Source of the DNA: Macrostomum lignano
Taxonomy: Eukaryota
NCBI GenBank assembly: GCA_002269645.1
Contig: NIVC01001984.1
Coordinates: forward strand, 152,061-216,060
Length of the DNA: 64,000 nt
Direction: 5' to 3'
Shown one piece after another: positions 23,901 to 36,439 of the stretch (position 1 is its first letter; every line of letters starts with the position of its first letter). The position numbers were made by a program, and so were the translations under genes. The notes beneath the pieces were generated by a model, which was not told the DNA's origin, did not search any database, and worked only from the letters and a program-made list of their open reading frames with translations.

Positions 23901-26900
23901 CAGGTGAGGGTAGCGCCAAGATCAGATCAAGGTAGCGCCAAGATCAGGTGAGGCTAGCGCCAAGATCAGATGAGGCTAGCGCCAAGATCAGATCAAGGTA
24001 GCGCCAAGATCAGGTGAGGCTAGCGCCAAGATCAGGTGAGGGTAGCGCCAAGATCAGATCAAGGTAGCGCCAAGATCAGGGTAAGGCTAGCGCCAAGATC
24101 AGTCAGGGAAGTGCAACGATGTTGTCAAGCAAGCACCGAAATCTTGAGGCGTCCTTAGAATTTCCCAGCGAAGCGCTTTAGGTATGATTTTAAAGATAAT
24201 GACGTCATTTTCAACGAAAAATTACTTTTTAAGGCAATATGCAGCTGATGCTACTCACAAACTACTGTTCAGTGCCTGTAAATAACTTTTCTAAGCTAAA
24301 CTAAGCCAAATTCTTGATTAAACGATAACAGCTAATCCGGAGGCCTGCTCCCAGGATTTAAAGACCAACTGTACTCAATATCAAACTCCGAGCGAGCAGT
24401 ACTTTGAGTAAGTGAAGGTGCAATTAAAACTGATTCAGTATTTTTGGGTCAATTTCTCGGCTGACATCCCTAAATCTTGATGTTTAACTTTTCAACTTTT
24501 TAACTTTTTAACTTTGCGCAGACGAGTGATGCTGGGCTACACCAGTTTAAACGGAGCAATCAAGAAAATGTCGGACCCCATCGGACCGCCGCAATGGCAC
24601 GTGACCTTGTGCCTGCTGTTGGCCTGGATCATCATCTACGCGTGCCTGCTCAAGGGAGTCAAGACTTCTGGGAAGGTTTGTGCTTTTGAGATGCATCTGA
24701 AATTGTGTTTACAGTAGTCAGATCAAGGTTTGTACTTTAGCAATGCATCTGAAATTGTTTTTAAATTGGTCAGGTCAAGGTTTGTACTTTAGCATTGCAT
24801 CTGAAATTGTGTTTACAGTGGTCAGGTCAAGGTTTGTACTTTAGCAATGCATCTGAAATTGTGTTTACAGTAGTCAGGTCAAGGTTTGTACTTTAGCAAT
24901 GCATCTGAAATTGTGTTTACAGTTGTCAAGTCAAGGTTTGTGTGTTTGTGATGCACCTGATATTGTGTTTACAGGTCTGTGAGGTCGTGACTCTGACTTG
25001 TAAATAAACGGGTCTGACAGCTAGACGTGTTTGAAAACACGTGTGTTAAAAGGTGACATTACAGATGACATTTGGTATTGATAATGCCGGTACTATCTGA
25101 CGAATAAACGGACGCTGTCTTCACCTTCCCAGGTGGTGTACTTCACCGCCACATTTCCCTATCTCGTGCTGGTGATTCTCCTCATTCGCGGCGTCACGCT
25201 GGAGGGCGCCAAGGACGGCATACTTTTTTACTTGAAACCGGACTTCAGCCTGTTACTTACATCTGAGGTGATCTGTTTTGGTTTTGCTAACAGCAGGTGT
25301 TAAGTGTTTATTTAGAAGCCGCAATTCCTGGAAATTTGTTTTCAAGATCTGGTCTGCGGCGGCGGTGCAGATTTTCTACTCGCTTGGCGTCGCCTTCGGC
25401 TGCCTGACGACCATGTCCAGTTATAACAAGTTTCGGAACAATTGCTACAAGTGAGTCGCTTAGCTCAATGAGTCTGCTTCTTTTAGCGATCAATAAAGTA
25501 ACGTTTATTGCTACGTAATCTCGCCACCAGTGATGGATGCAGTTCTAAAACTGGGGGGGGAGTGCCCTTGCGCACAAAATTGACCTCATGTTACGTCGTC
25601 TGACTCTCGAGAAACCGAGTGCTTACATGCCTGTCAATGAGAAACTCAGAGTCTCTGTACACCTTGAATGAGCATAACTTTTCATCCTCAACAAACCCAA
25701 CGATCGTCACTGCAGAGATGTCCTCATCGTAGCGGGCATCAACAGCGGCACGTCAATATTCGCCGGTTTCGCCATCTTCTCGGTGATCGGTTTCATGGCG
25801 CACAAGACGGGCTTGCCGGTGGCCGAGGTGACCAAGAGCGGTCCGGGCCTGGCGTTCGTCGCCTATCCCGAGGGCCTCGCCGCCATGCCCGTCGCTCCGC
25901 TGTGGAGCGTGCTGTTCTTCATCATGATCATAACGCTGGGCGTCGATTCGCAGTTTGCTTTCGTTGAGAATGTGCTCACGACTTGCATGGACGAGTGGCC
26001 CTGGTTGCAGGAGAACTTCACTAAGCAGGCAATATTCAAGTCAGTCGTGTGCCTTGTCATGTTTCTGCTTGGCATTCCAATGTGCTGTCCTGGAGGAATT
26101 TACTATTTCTCAATGCTTAACGACTACTGCGCTTACTATAACCTGTTCGTCGTGGCTATCGTAGAGATGCTCGGAATCTCATACCTGTACGGGATTAAAA
26201 ACTTTCTGAACGACATTCAGATGATGCTGGGATTCCGTCCGGGGCCTTACTGGATCGCCTGTTGGCTTGGGATCACTCCGGCTCTCATTTTGGTAAGATT
26301 TCCTCAAACTAGAGTTGAAAGCAGACGTGGGGTGGATTCAAAATAATTTCAAGGTCACTTGAAGTTGCTGTTGTTATTTTCGTCGTTATAGTTAAAAGCT
26401 GTTGACACGTGACTTATCTTACGTTCAAGAAGCCTGAGTGAAAGTAGTTTTAAGGCTGTAACTTTTTGGCAACTTCTGCGGGTATGTCACGACCCAGTTA
26501 TGATGATTGAACATGTACGCTCGTATGTCGGAACATGCAATAAGCAAAAATTCAAATGTAGCCTTAGTCAGCTTAACTAAGGACCTCATCAATCGCGTGC
26601 GCACACGTTAGAAGCAGTCTTCTCGCGCACCGGATAAATTAAAGAGTACATGTAGCTTCATACTTTTCTGTCTCTGGCTTACTATAGTTAGTCGACATAA
26701 GATTTTTACGGTAGCGCATCTTAAAATCGATGTCAATCAACCCGCAGTTCATTGCGATCTTCTCGCTGGTCAAGTACCAATCGCCAAGCTACAACTCGGA
26801 GCCGTTCACCATTTGGGGCGAAGCGATGTGCTGGCTGATGATGGTTGGCTCTGTGCTCTTCATCCCCTGCTGCGGAATCTGCGAGGTCTGGCGTCGGGGT

Positions 26901-27672
26901 GGACTGACTGCCGCTCTCAAGGAGACGCCCGATTGGGGCCCGCCTGTGGAGGCCTTCTGGCTGGAAAGCGATAAGTATCGAGAAAAGCTGAAACAGATGA
27001 ACACGTAAGTAAAACAAAGCTTTTGAAGCTGTACGGGCATTGATTTTTTGTTCCAAGATAGCGTACATTGATTTCTGACATTCACGCGATCAACGCGTGA
27101 TCTCAAGGTTTGCAAACCTACACAGTGTACATTTATTCCAAGCACGATTAACATTAAGGGCGTACGCTTGATTTCAAGGTCACAGCGCTTGAATCTAATT
27201 TTAACGCGCGATCAACGCGTGATTTCAAGGTCACCAGCCTACGCTGTGCGGCACACATTTAATTGACACCACATACGCGTGATTTCTACGTAACACGCTT
27301 GGATGTACTTGAAATTCTCTCATGCAATCAACGGCGTGATTCAAGGGTCAACCACTTAAACAAATTCTAACACGTGATCAACGTGTGGATTTATAGGCCT
27401 CAAGAAAGCGTATGTTACGAGCTATATCTAGATACACACCAATGCAAGGAACCACTTCAAAATTAAAATGATATATAAATTCAAGGAATGTTAAAATGTA
27501 CCAGCAAACCCTCTTTAGTTATTTTCTGTGCATAATTTACATTCACGTCAATCTTCTCGACTATATTTAACTAACTGTCAGGCCAGCTACAGATCCCGTG
27601 ACAGGACATGAAAACCGGCCGGGTGTTGACGATTTCAGCCAGCCCTCGAACACGAAGGAAACCAAAACGTAA
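20965..27672 (+). CDS. SLC6 Na+/Cl- dependent transporter, amino-acid (PROT/GlyT-like) clade, paralog B, 10 exons (~642 aa)
   Basis: Exons 20965-20973, 21595-21901, 22950-23168, 24332-24407, 24522-24675, 25133-25267, 25347-25450, 25716-26292, 26748-27004, 27582-27672. The eight internal exon lengths equal those of paralog A (307, 219, 76, 154, 135, 104, 577, 257); the frame stays open to TAA. Confidence 0.93.
21220..21575. repeat. 12-bp intronic minisatellite CAAGTCACTCCA (SLC6-B intron 1)
   Basis: Direct reading. Confidence 0.9.
21905..22830. repeat. 53-bp minisatellite followed by a derived 23-bp minisatellite CTGAAGCTCTAACTACCCTGTTC (SLC6-B intron 2)
   Basis: 53-bp units to about 22610, then about 10 shorter units sharing CTGTTCCTGAAG. 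Confidence 0.9.
23205..24105. repeat. 22-bp minisatellite TAGCGCCAAGATCAGGTGAGGG (SLC6-B intron 3)
   Basis: About 40 units. Confidence 0.9.
24673..24975. repeat. 52-bp minisatellite starting at the exon 5 donor (SLC6-B intron 5)
   Basis: About 6 units of AAGGTTTGTACTTTAGCAATGCATCTGAAATTGTGTTTACAGTGGTCAGGTC. Confidence 0.9.
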
Positions 27673-28639
27673 CAACAGATGCGTTTCGGAAAGAAGACTC
27701 AGAATCAACTTTGAAAAAGAAAACGTTGAATGCCACTAATATTACCTCACTGAAAACATTCCAGAAGCACGCGGGATTGATTTTTCCGGATTTGATGGGT
27801 TCCACACCCGCATTTTTACGTAAGCCACAGCCGTCCAAATCGGTTTGTGAAAATTTCATTTAAAAACTCTAAAAATAAACTAACGGAAAAATGTGAATGC
27901 TTGTCCAACATCCGTTTAATGTGGACAAGCAATTTTTTGTTGCTTCTATCTCTCCAATTTCAAGCTTTTTTAGTCCTTGCAGATAGTTTAATTTAAATTG
28001 CAGTTTATTTTAGGCAACTACCATGTAGTTTTGTCACCTGTTATTGTCACATTGGCACACAACCGGCGAGAGGCATTGCTGTCCATTCAGCCGACTCCCC
28101 TGAGCAGGCACACAAGCGCGCGGATACGTACATGTACGCAGGCACACACTCACACAGGAGTGTACAGCGGCCCTATAACTTTATTATGGTTAGGCATGTA
28201 CACTTTTCACTGCGCCTTGAGGGTTTGGCTATGCCTCGCATGCATTGCATTCACCGACTTCTTCCTCATCATTTTCCCCTGATATTCAATCAGCAAGTTG
28301 TCTATGGTAAAAGCTTCCAAATCGATTATAAAAGCCAATTAATTGTGCATGATTAAAATTGTTATAACGTTAAGTTTTGCTCAGCATGCAGTCAATTAAA
28401 TAGTTTTGCAGTTTTACCATTGTAGCCAAAATGAATGTCTGCAGCGCCAAAATGATCAACACCGATTCCCAAAATAATATAGTAAATTGGTCATGTACAT
28501 GTAGAATTCTCGGCTTTGGCCCCCGGCCTCCCACAATAAAATCCATACTGGAAAATTGCACCCCCGTTTTCATACATGTGCATGTATTTACGAGTATGTC
28601 AAATCATGTATATGTCAAAAATATGAAAAACTTAATTGT

Positions 28640-28940
28640 TCAAAGGGGGTCAGAGCGTCGGACTCACGACTTGAAAGTCGGAGGTTCGATTCCCGATCTC
28701 ACTGGAACATGCAATTTGTGTCCTTGAGCAAGACACCTGACTCTGCATGGGCTTCAGTCCACCCAGCTGTAAAATGGGTGCCAGCTTTAGCTGGGGTAAT
28801 TGAGGGTGCGTGTGGCGACCCCCCAGTCCTTGGACTGAACAGCCGTACGCAGCCTTCAGATGCGCCGCGCAATAGCTGCGGCTGAGCTGTCGGTTGCACA
28901 TCTGGCCATTAGGCAGACTCTTGACTTGTTGTTGTTGGTT
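28640..28940 (+). mobile_element. tRNA-derived SINE with a CORE-like central domain
   Basis: Degenerate A-box region (~28647-28661); B box GGTTCGATTCCC (28683-28694); CORE-like TGTGTCCTTGAGCAAGACAC...CTGTAAAATGGGT (28717-28779) resembling the MIR core; (TTG)n tail at ~28926-28937. Confidence 0.7.
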
Positions 28941-29382
28941 TCAATGTACATTACACATGTAACTCAAATCAGAAAAGTCAGAAAATTTTCATAATGCTTT
29001 AATTAAGAGATAAAATATGTTGTTTATTGAATATGTTGTATTTATAGTGGATATAGGGTATATACAGAATAAATATGTCAGTTTTAATAATCGTTTTAAA
29101 CAATTTTTTTGCAGCAACGTATGACAAAAAGTCTGACAGAGACGTATGACAGAGCACCTTCTATGGCGCGCGATGAATATTGTATTGTGGTTCGAATAAG
29201 TTCAACAAAAATTGAGCGATTTGTTAAAGAAAAAAATGTACAGAAAATTAAAAAAAATACAAATAAGCAAATGTTTGTCTTTTTTATGCACAATCGCTGA
29301 TTATAAGCTTTTATTCTTACTACTCTACTTAACTGAAATGTAAGTAGTGTAGTTTGCGTGTTTTCTGGAATTGATTTTTTCA

Positions 29383-32300
29383 TTAAACAAAGCTGGCTTC
29401 AGTGTACGGACTAAATGGAGCTCTCTGCTGCATCGCGTGCAACTGCTGTTGCTGCGTCTGCTGCAATGGAAATCCCGCGGATTTTCCGTCGACACTGAAC
29501 CCGCCTCGGGGCAGAGTGTGGCTCTGCCGGCGCGGCTGGGGTGTCGATAAGACGGCGCGATTTCCGCCGACACCGCCGCGGCCCTCGATTTCGTAATAAC
29601 GATGCGACATTGGCTGTTGCTGCTGTTGCAGAGTCTGCTTTTTCTGGCCTTGGCTGGGCTGATGCTGCTGTTGCGATGAAGAGTCCAGAGTCTGGTAGTG
29701 CTGAGACAGCGGCTGACGGCGGGACGAAACAGCGACAGTTGACTGGCGGGGAAGCTCCGAGTCAGTGGCACCGCCTGGAAGGTGAAATGATCGGGATCCA
29801 CCCAGATTTGATTTGAGATCTACTCAGCACTGAATCGGGATCTACTCAGCACTGAATCGGGATCTACTTAACACTGAATCGGGATCTACTCAACACTGAA
29901 TTGGGATCTAATCAAAATTGAATTTGGATCTACTCAGGATTATTGAATCAGGATCTACTCAGCACTGAATCGGGATCTACTCAACACTGAATCGGGATCT
30001 ACTCAGCACTGAATCGGGATCTACTCAACACTGAATCGGGATCTACTCAGCACTGAATCGGGATCTACTCAGCACTGAATCGGGATCTACTCAGCACTGA
30101 ATCGGGATCTACTCAACACTGAATCGGGATCTATTTAACACTTAATTGGGATCTACTCAGCACTGAACCGGGATCTACTCAGCACTGAATCGGGATCTAC
30201 TCAGCACTGAATCGGGATCTACTCAACACTTAATTGGGATCTACTCAGCACTGAACCGGGATCTACTCAGCACTGAATCGGGATCTACTCAACACTGAAT
30301 TGGGATTTACTCAACACTTAATTGGGATCTACTCAGCACTGAATTGGGATCTACTCAACACTGAATTGGGATTTACTCAACACTTAATTGGGATCTACTC
30401 AGCACTGAATTGGGATCTACTCAGCACTGAATCGGGATCTACTCAACACTGAATTGGGATCTACTCAACACTGAATCGGGATCTACTCAGCACTGAATCG
30501 GGATCTACTCAACACTGAATTGGGATTTACTCAACACTTAATTGGGATCTACTCAGCACTGAACCGGGATCTACTCAGCACTGAATCGGGATCTACTCAA
30601 CACTGAATTGGGATTTACTCAACACTTAATTGGGATCTACTCAGCACTGAATTGGGATCTACTCAGCACTGAATCGGGATCTACTCAACACTGAATTGGG
30701 ATTTACTCAACACTTAATTGGGATCTACTCAGCACTGAATTGGGATCTACTCAACACTGAATTGGGATTTACTCAACACTTAATTGGGATCTACTCAGCA
30801 CTGAATTGGGATCTACTCAGCACTGAATCGGGATCTACTCAACACTGAATTGGGATCTACTCAACACTGAATCGGGATCTACTCAGCACTGAATCGGGAT
30901 CTACTCAACACTGAATTGGGATCTACTCAACACTGAATTGGGATCTACTCAGCACTGAATTGGGATCTACTCAACACTGAATCGGGATCTACTCAACACT
31001 GAATCGGGATCTACTCAGCACTGAATCGGGATCTACTCAACACTGAATCGGGATCTACTCAACACTGAATCGGGATCTACTCAGCACTGAATCGGGATCT
31101 ACTCAACACTGAATCGGGATCTACTCAGCACTGAATCGGGATCTACTCAGCACTGAATCGGGATCTACTCAGCACTGAATCGGGATCTACTCAGCACTGA
31201 ATCGGGATCTACTCAGCACTGAATCGGGATCTACTTAGCACTGAATTGGGATCTCAGGAACAATCCTGAGCAGCAATAACAGGTGTCACTCACCCAGACT
31301 CAGACTAGCTGAAGAGTACAGCCGATCCCGAGTGACAGTCGCGTGTTTGAGTTTGTTAAGCTGAAGCATCTGCTGCTGGTGCTGCAACTGCTGAGCGCTG
31401 CTGTAGGCTCCGTAATCATCCTGTGTTACAAATTGTGTTACAATATTATTTTTCATGACAAACTGTGGCAGGTTCTAATGCGATTTAGCTGGCCAAGTTT
31501 TAATTGGGGATTTGGATTAGGGATCTCTTTTAGTGAATTCTATCTGATTTGTACTTCCCGACTGCGCTGTCTATCTTCTCTCCCTCTCCTCTCTGCCTTG
31601 CCTCCTCTTGCTCTCTTCTTTCCCTCTTTTCTCTCCCTCTTTTCTCTCCTCTCCCTCTCCTCTCTCCTTACTCTGCTCCCTATCCCCCTCTCTACCTCTC
31701 CCCTCTCCTCCTCTCTCCTCTCCCTCCCCTCTTCACCTCTTCTCTCCCTCTCCCCCTCCCCTTTTCCTCTCTCCTCTCCATCCCTCTCCCTCTCTTCTCT
31801 CCATTCTCCCTTCCCTTTTATCATTCTACTCCCCTTAATTACACACTCAACACCGGCAACCTCATCTCACCCCATCCTCAACTTTCTTTCATGTTGATCG
31901 CAAACGTTTCCCATTTAGCAACCATTTTTTCCTACAACTATCACCATCCTCCCCTTTATCTACATCACTAATCATTGATGCTCAAAGCTCCATTTCTTTC
32001 TCCTTTGCATTGGACACAAAGAACTGATTTTGAACTTGCATACTTGCTCCAACCTAAAGCTAGACCTGCCCCAACTCAAACACTCATTAATAATAACCAG
32101 TTTAAAAAAATCAGTCATATCCAATCCATACGAAAAATATACCAACTAAAGTATAAAAAATATGAAGCTCATAAAATCTATACACAAGGGACTACGAGTA
32201 TAAATATTCTCGTTAGGCGAGAGGATCCGACACAAAATTAATACTCTCTCGTATCACCCCGGCGTCCCCAATAAAATCAGTCCGAGAGCTGCATCATTAA

Positions 32301-35300
32301 TCTACTGGGCAACAAATTAGTTATAACAAAAAAGATAGCCAGTCCCCTCTGTATGCAGCAGTGGGTTCTGAGTCCGCTCGAGCGGTCAAGACTTTAATCA
32401 GGATGAACAAAAAGTACTCAAGGGTTACCCCCGCTACTTACAGTTTATATCCCCTGTGACCCTGTCGCTTCAGTTTTTCCCAGACTCATACCCTTCATTT
32501 AACTTTACCTTGATTTATTAAGTTTACTATTTACAGAATTAATAAAATAAAATTTACCTCAACGTTGAAGTTTGTCTTATAAGTTGGCGGGCAGTAATAA
32601 GGACTTTGCTGGTCAATCATCTTTGCGTGCACACTGTCGGGATCTGAAGTTGAGCATTGTTTATTGGGATTTTTTACAAAATTAAATCCTTTTTATTTAT
32701 GCTTTATTGGGATCAATGAGATTGGGATCTGTGAGATTGGGATCTGTGAGATTGGGATCTGTGAGATTGGGATCTGTGGGATTGGGATTTGTGAGATTGG
32801 GATCTGTGGGATTGGGATCTGTGAGATTGGGATCTATAGGATTGGGATCTGTGGGATTTGGGATCTGTGGGATTGGGATCTGTGAGTGAGATTGGGATCA
32901 ATGAGATTGAGATCTGTGAGATTGGGATCTGTGAGTGAGATTGGGATCTGTGAGTGAGATTGGGATCAATGAGATTGAGATCTGTGAGATTGGGATCTGT
33001 GGGGTTGGGATCTGTGGGGTTGGGATCTGTGGGGTTGGGATCTATGGGGTTGGGATCTGTGGGATTTGGATCTGTGAGATTGGGATCTGTGAGATTGGGA
33101 TCTGTGAGATTGGGATCTATGAGATTGGGATCTGTGGGATTTGTGGGATTGGGATCTGTGAGTGAGATTGGGATCTGAGGGGTTTGGGATCTATGAGATT
33201 GGGAGCTGTGAGATTGGGATCAATGAGATTGGGATCTGTGAGATTGGGATCTGTGGGGTTGGGATCTGTGGGGTTGGGATCTGTGAGATTGGGATCTGTG
33301 ATGTTGGGATCTGTGGGATTGGGATCTGTGGGATTGGGATCTGTGAGATTGGGATCTGTGAGATTGGGATCTGTGGGGTTGGGATCTGTGAGATTAGAAT
33401 CTGTAGGATTGGGATATGTAAGATTTAATACTGTTTTCAGCTCCTCACCGACTTCAGTCGCCAGCCTCCCAGCTTGGAGGGTGCCAGTTCCGCAGGCGGC
33501 ACCAGCAGCCCCAGCAGCAGCCGCTGTCCTGCTATTCAATGCAGCGGCCGAGGCCCTTCGCCGGACAATGAGGCAGACGATAGCAAAACAAGCTGCAACC
33601 AGCAGCAGCAGTGTCACCACCAGGCAGATGATGACGGACTCGTTGCTGAACGCCAACAGCGACCCATTCCCGTAGTTATTGACATTGTGCGGCGATCGGC
33701 CATTTGTCAAGCTGGAGTCGCCTCCTCTGAAGGCAGCGTCGGCCGCAGTCTGGGCCGGGATCTCCGCTCGATATTCAACCGGTTGAGAGCACATACGGGG
33801 CTGGCCTAGGTCGCAGGCTCGAATGCTGAGAGGCAATTTGATGCTGTGAGTAGATTGGCCAGGTAATTGTCGGATGTTGTGCAGAGGCTGGCTGACCAGG
33901 ATGCTGCCCGTGTCCGAGTGAACGCCGAACCGCTGGTCTGAGCTGTTCAAGAGCTCGTACACCACCTGCGAGAGGGAGGTGGAGAAGGAGAGATGAGATA
34001 AAAATGGCACGGATTTAATTTTTTCTTAGCGACTTGGGAATTTAGAAACTTGGATATTATAAATTATGGGTTCTGTGGGGTTGGGATTTGGGATCAATTG
34101 GATTGGGATCTGTGAGATTGGGATCTGTGGGATTGGAATCTGTGGGGTTGGGAGCTGTGTTATTGGAATCTGTGAGATTGGGATCTGTGGGATTGGGATC
34201 TGTGGGATTGGGATCTGTGGGATTGAGATCTGTGAGATTGGGATCTGTGGGATTGGGATCTGTGGGATTGGGATCTGTGGGGTTGGGAGCTGTAAGATTG
34301 GGATCTGTGGGATTGGGATCTGTGGGATTGGGATCTGTGGGATTGGGATCTGTGGGATTGGGATCTGTGGGGTTGGGAGCTGTGTTATTGGAATCTGTTA
34401 GATTGGGATCTGTGAGGTTGGGAGCTGTGTTATTGGAATCTGTGAGATTGGGATCTGTGAGGTAGGGATCTGTGGGATTGGGATCTGTGGGGTTGGGAGC
34501 TGTGTTATTGGAATCTGTGAGATTAGAATTTGTGGGAATGGGATCTGTGAGGTAGGGATCTGTGGGATTAGGATCTGTGAGGTAGGGATCTGTGAGATTG
34601 GGATGTGGGATTGGGAACTGTGGGGTTGGGATCTGTGTTATTGGAATCTGTGAGATTGGGATCTGTGGGATTGGGATCTGTGGGATTGGGATCTGTGGGA
34701 TTGGGATCTGTGAGATTGAGATCTGTGGGATTGGGATCTGTGGGGTTGGGAGCTGTGAGATTGGGATCTGTGGGATTGGGATCTGTGGGATTGGGATCTG
34801 TGGGATTGGGATCTGTGGGGTTGGGAGCTGTAAGATTGGGATCTGTGGGATTGGGATCTGTGGGATTGGGATCTGTGGGGTTGGGAGCTGTGTTATTGGA
34901 ATCTGTGAGATTGGGATCTGTGAGGTTGGGAGCTGTGTTATTGGAATCTGTGAGATTGGGATCTGTGAGGTTGGGAGCTGTGTTATTGGAATCTGTGAGA
35001 TTGGGATCTGTGAGGTAGGGATCTGTGGGATTGGGATCTGTAGGGTTGGGGGAGCTGTGTTATTGGAATCTGTGAGATTAGAATTTGTGGGATTGGGATC
35101 TGTGAGGTAGGGATCGGTGGGATTGGGATCTGTGAGGTAGGGATCTGTGAGATTAGGATGTGGGATTGGGAACTGTGGGGTTGGGATCTGAGGGGTTGGG
35201 ATCTAAAGGATTAGGATCTATAGTATCTATAGGATCCTGGTCTGGGATCTCTGTGATTTTCAGTTTACAGCTAAGGTATTTACAGCTGAGCACACAGAGC

Positions 35301-36168
35301 TCAGTGTCCCGAACCTTCTGGTTAATTCCCTCATCCGGGTCATCGGCCACCACATGGCCGATCCGGTGTCCGGGCTCCAGTTGATTGACAACAAACTCGG
35401 CTGGAAACTCTGGCGGATCAATTCGCAGCGAAGGCGCATTGTCGTTGACGTCGTCCACAGTGATGGTCACGTGACAGGTGCCGGTGAGTTGCAGACCTCG
35501 TTGCTGAGGCTGGTCCTCCGCCAGGACGCGAAAGGAATAGTGGGATCGGAGCTCGCGGTCCAGGGCCGCTCTGGGTGCGATGGCAAGATGTATAATTGTA
35601 AATACATTTAACTAACCAGCTAAGGCATGTATCAAATAATCTGTCAGATCAATTTATCAAATACATTAGATTATTTATTAATACGAGTAAATCAATCAAT
35701 CAATCAGATTAATCAATAAATTCGATCAATCAATCAATACATTTGATCAGCCAATCAGATCAACCAATCAATCAAAAACTTAATCAATCAGAGCAATCAA
35801 TCAATCAGATCAATTGTTCAATCAATCAGAGCAATCAATCAATCAATCAATGAATCAATCAATCAATCGTATCAAACAATGAATGAATGAATGAATGAAT
35901 CAATCAATTAATCGTATCAAACAATGAATGAATGAATCAATCAATCAATCAATCAGAGCAATCAATCAATCAGATCAATTGTTCAATCAATCAATCAATA
36001 AATCAGTCTATCAGAGCAATCAATCAATGAATCAATCAATGAATCAATCGTGTCAAACAATGAATGAATGAATCAATCAATCAATGAATCATATCAATCA
36101 ATCAATTAATTAGATAAATCAATCAATTAATCAATCATCAATCAATCAATCAATCAATCAATCAGATG

Positions 36169-36205
<37 letters not shown>

Positions 36206-36209
36206 GATG

Positions 36210-36250
<41 letters not shown>

Positions 36251-36333
36251 GATGAATCAATCAATCAATCAACCAATCAGATGAATCAATCAATCAATCA
36301 ACCAATCAATCAGAGCAATCAATCAATCAGATG

Positions 36334-36398
<65 letters not shown>

Positions 36399-36402
36399 GA
36401 TG

Positions 36403-36439
<37 letters not shown>

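Noticed and set aside
28640-28715. tRNA gene
   Set aside because: The B box is good but no closed cloverleaf or T-run terminator is visible, and it continues into a SINE core.
29815-31255. Regular short repeats resembling CRISPR arrays (here and elsewhere)
   Set aside because: Head-to-tail units without unique spacers, no cas genes, and intronic eukaryotic context.
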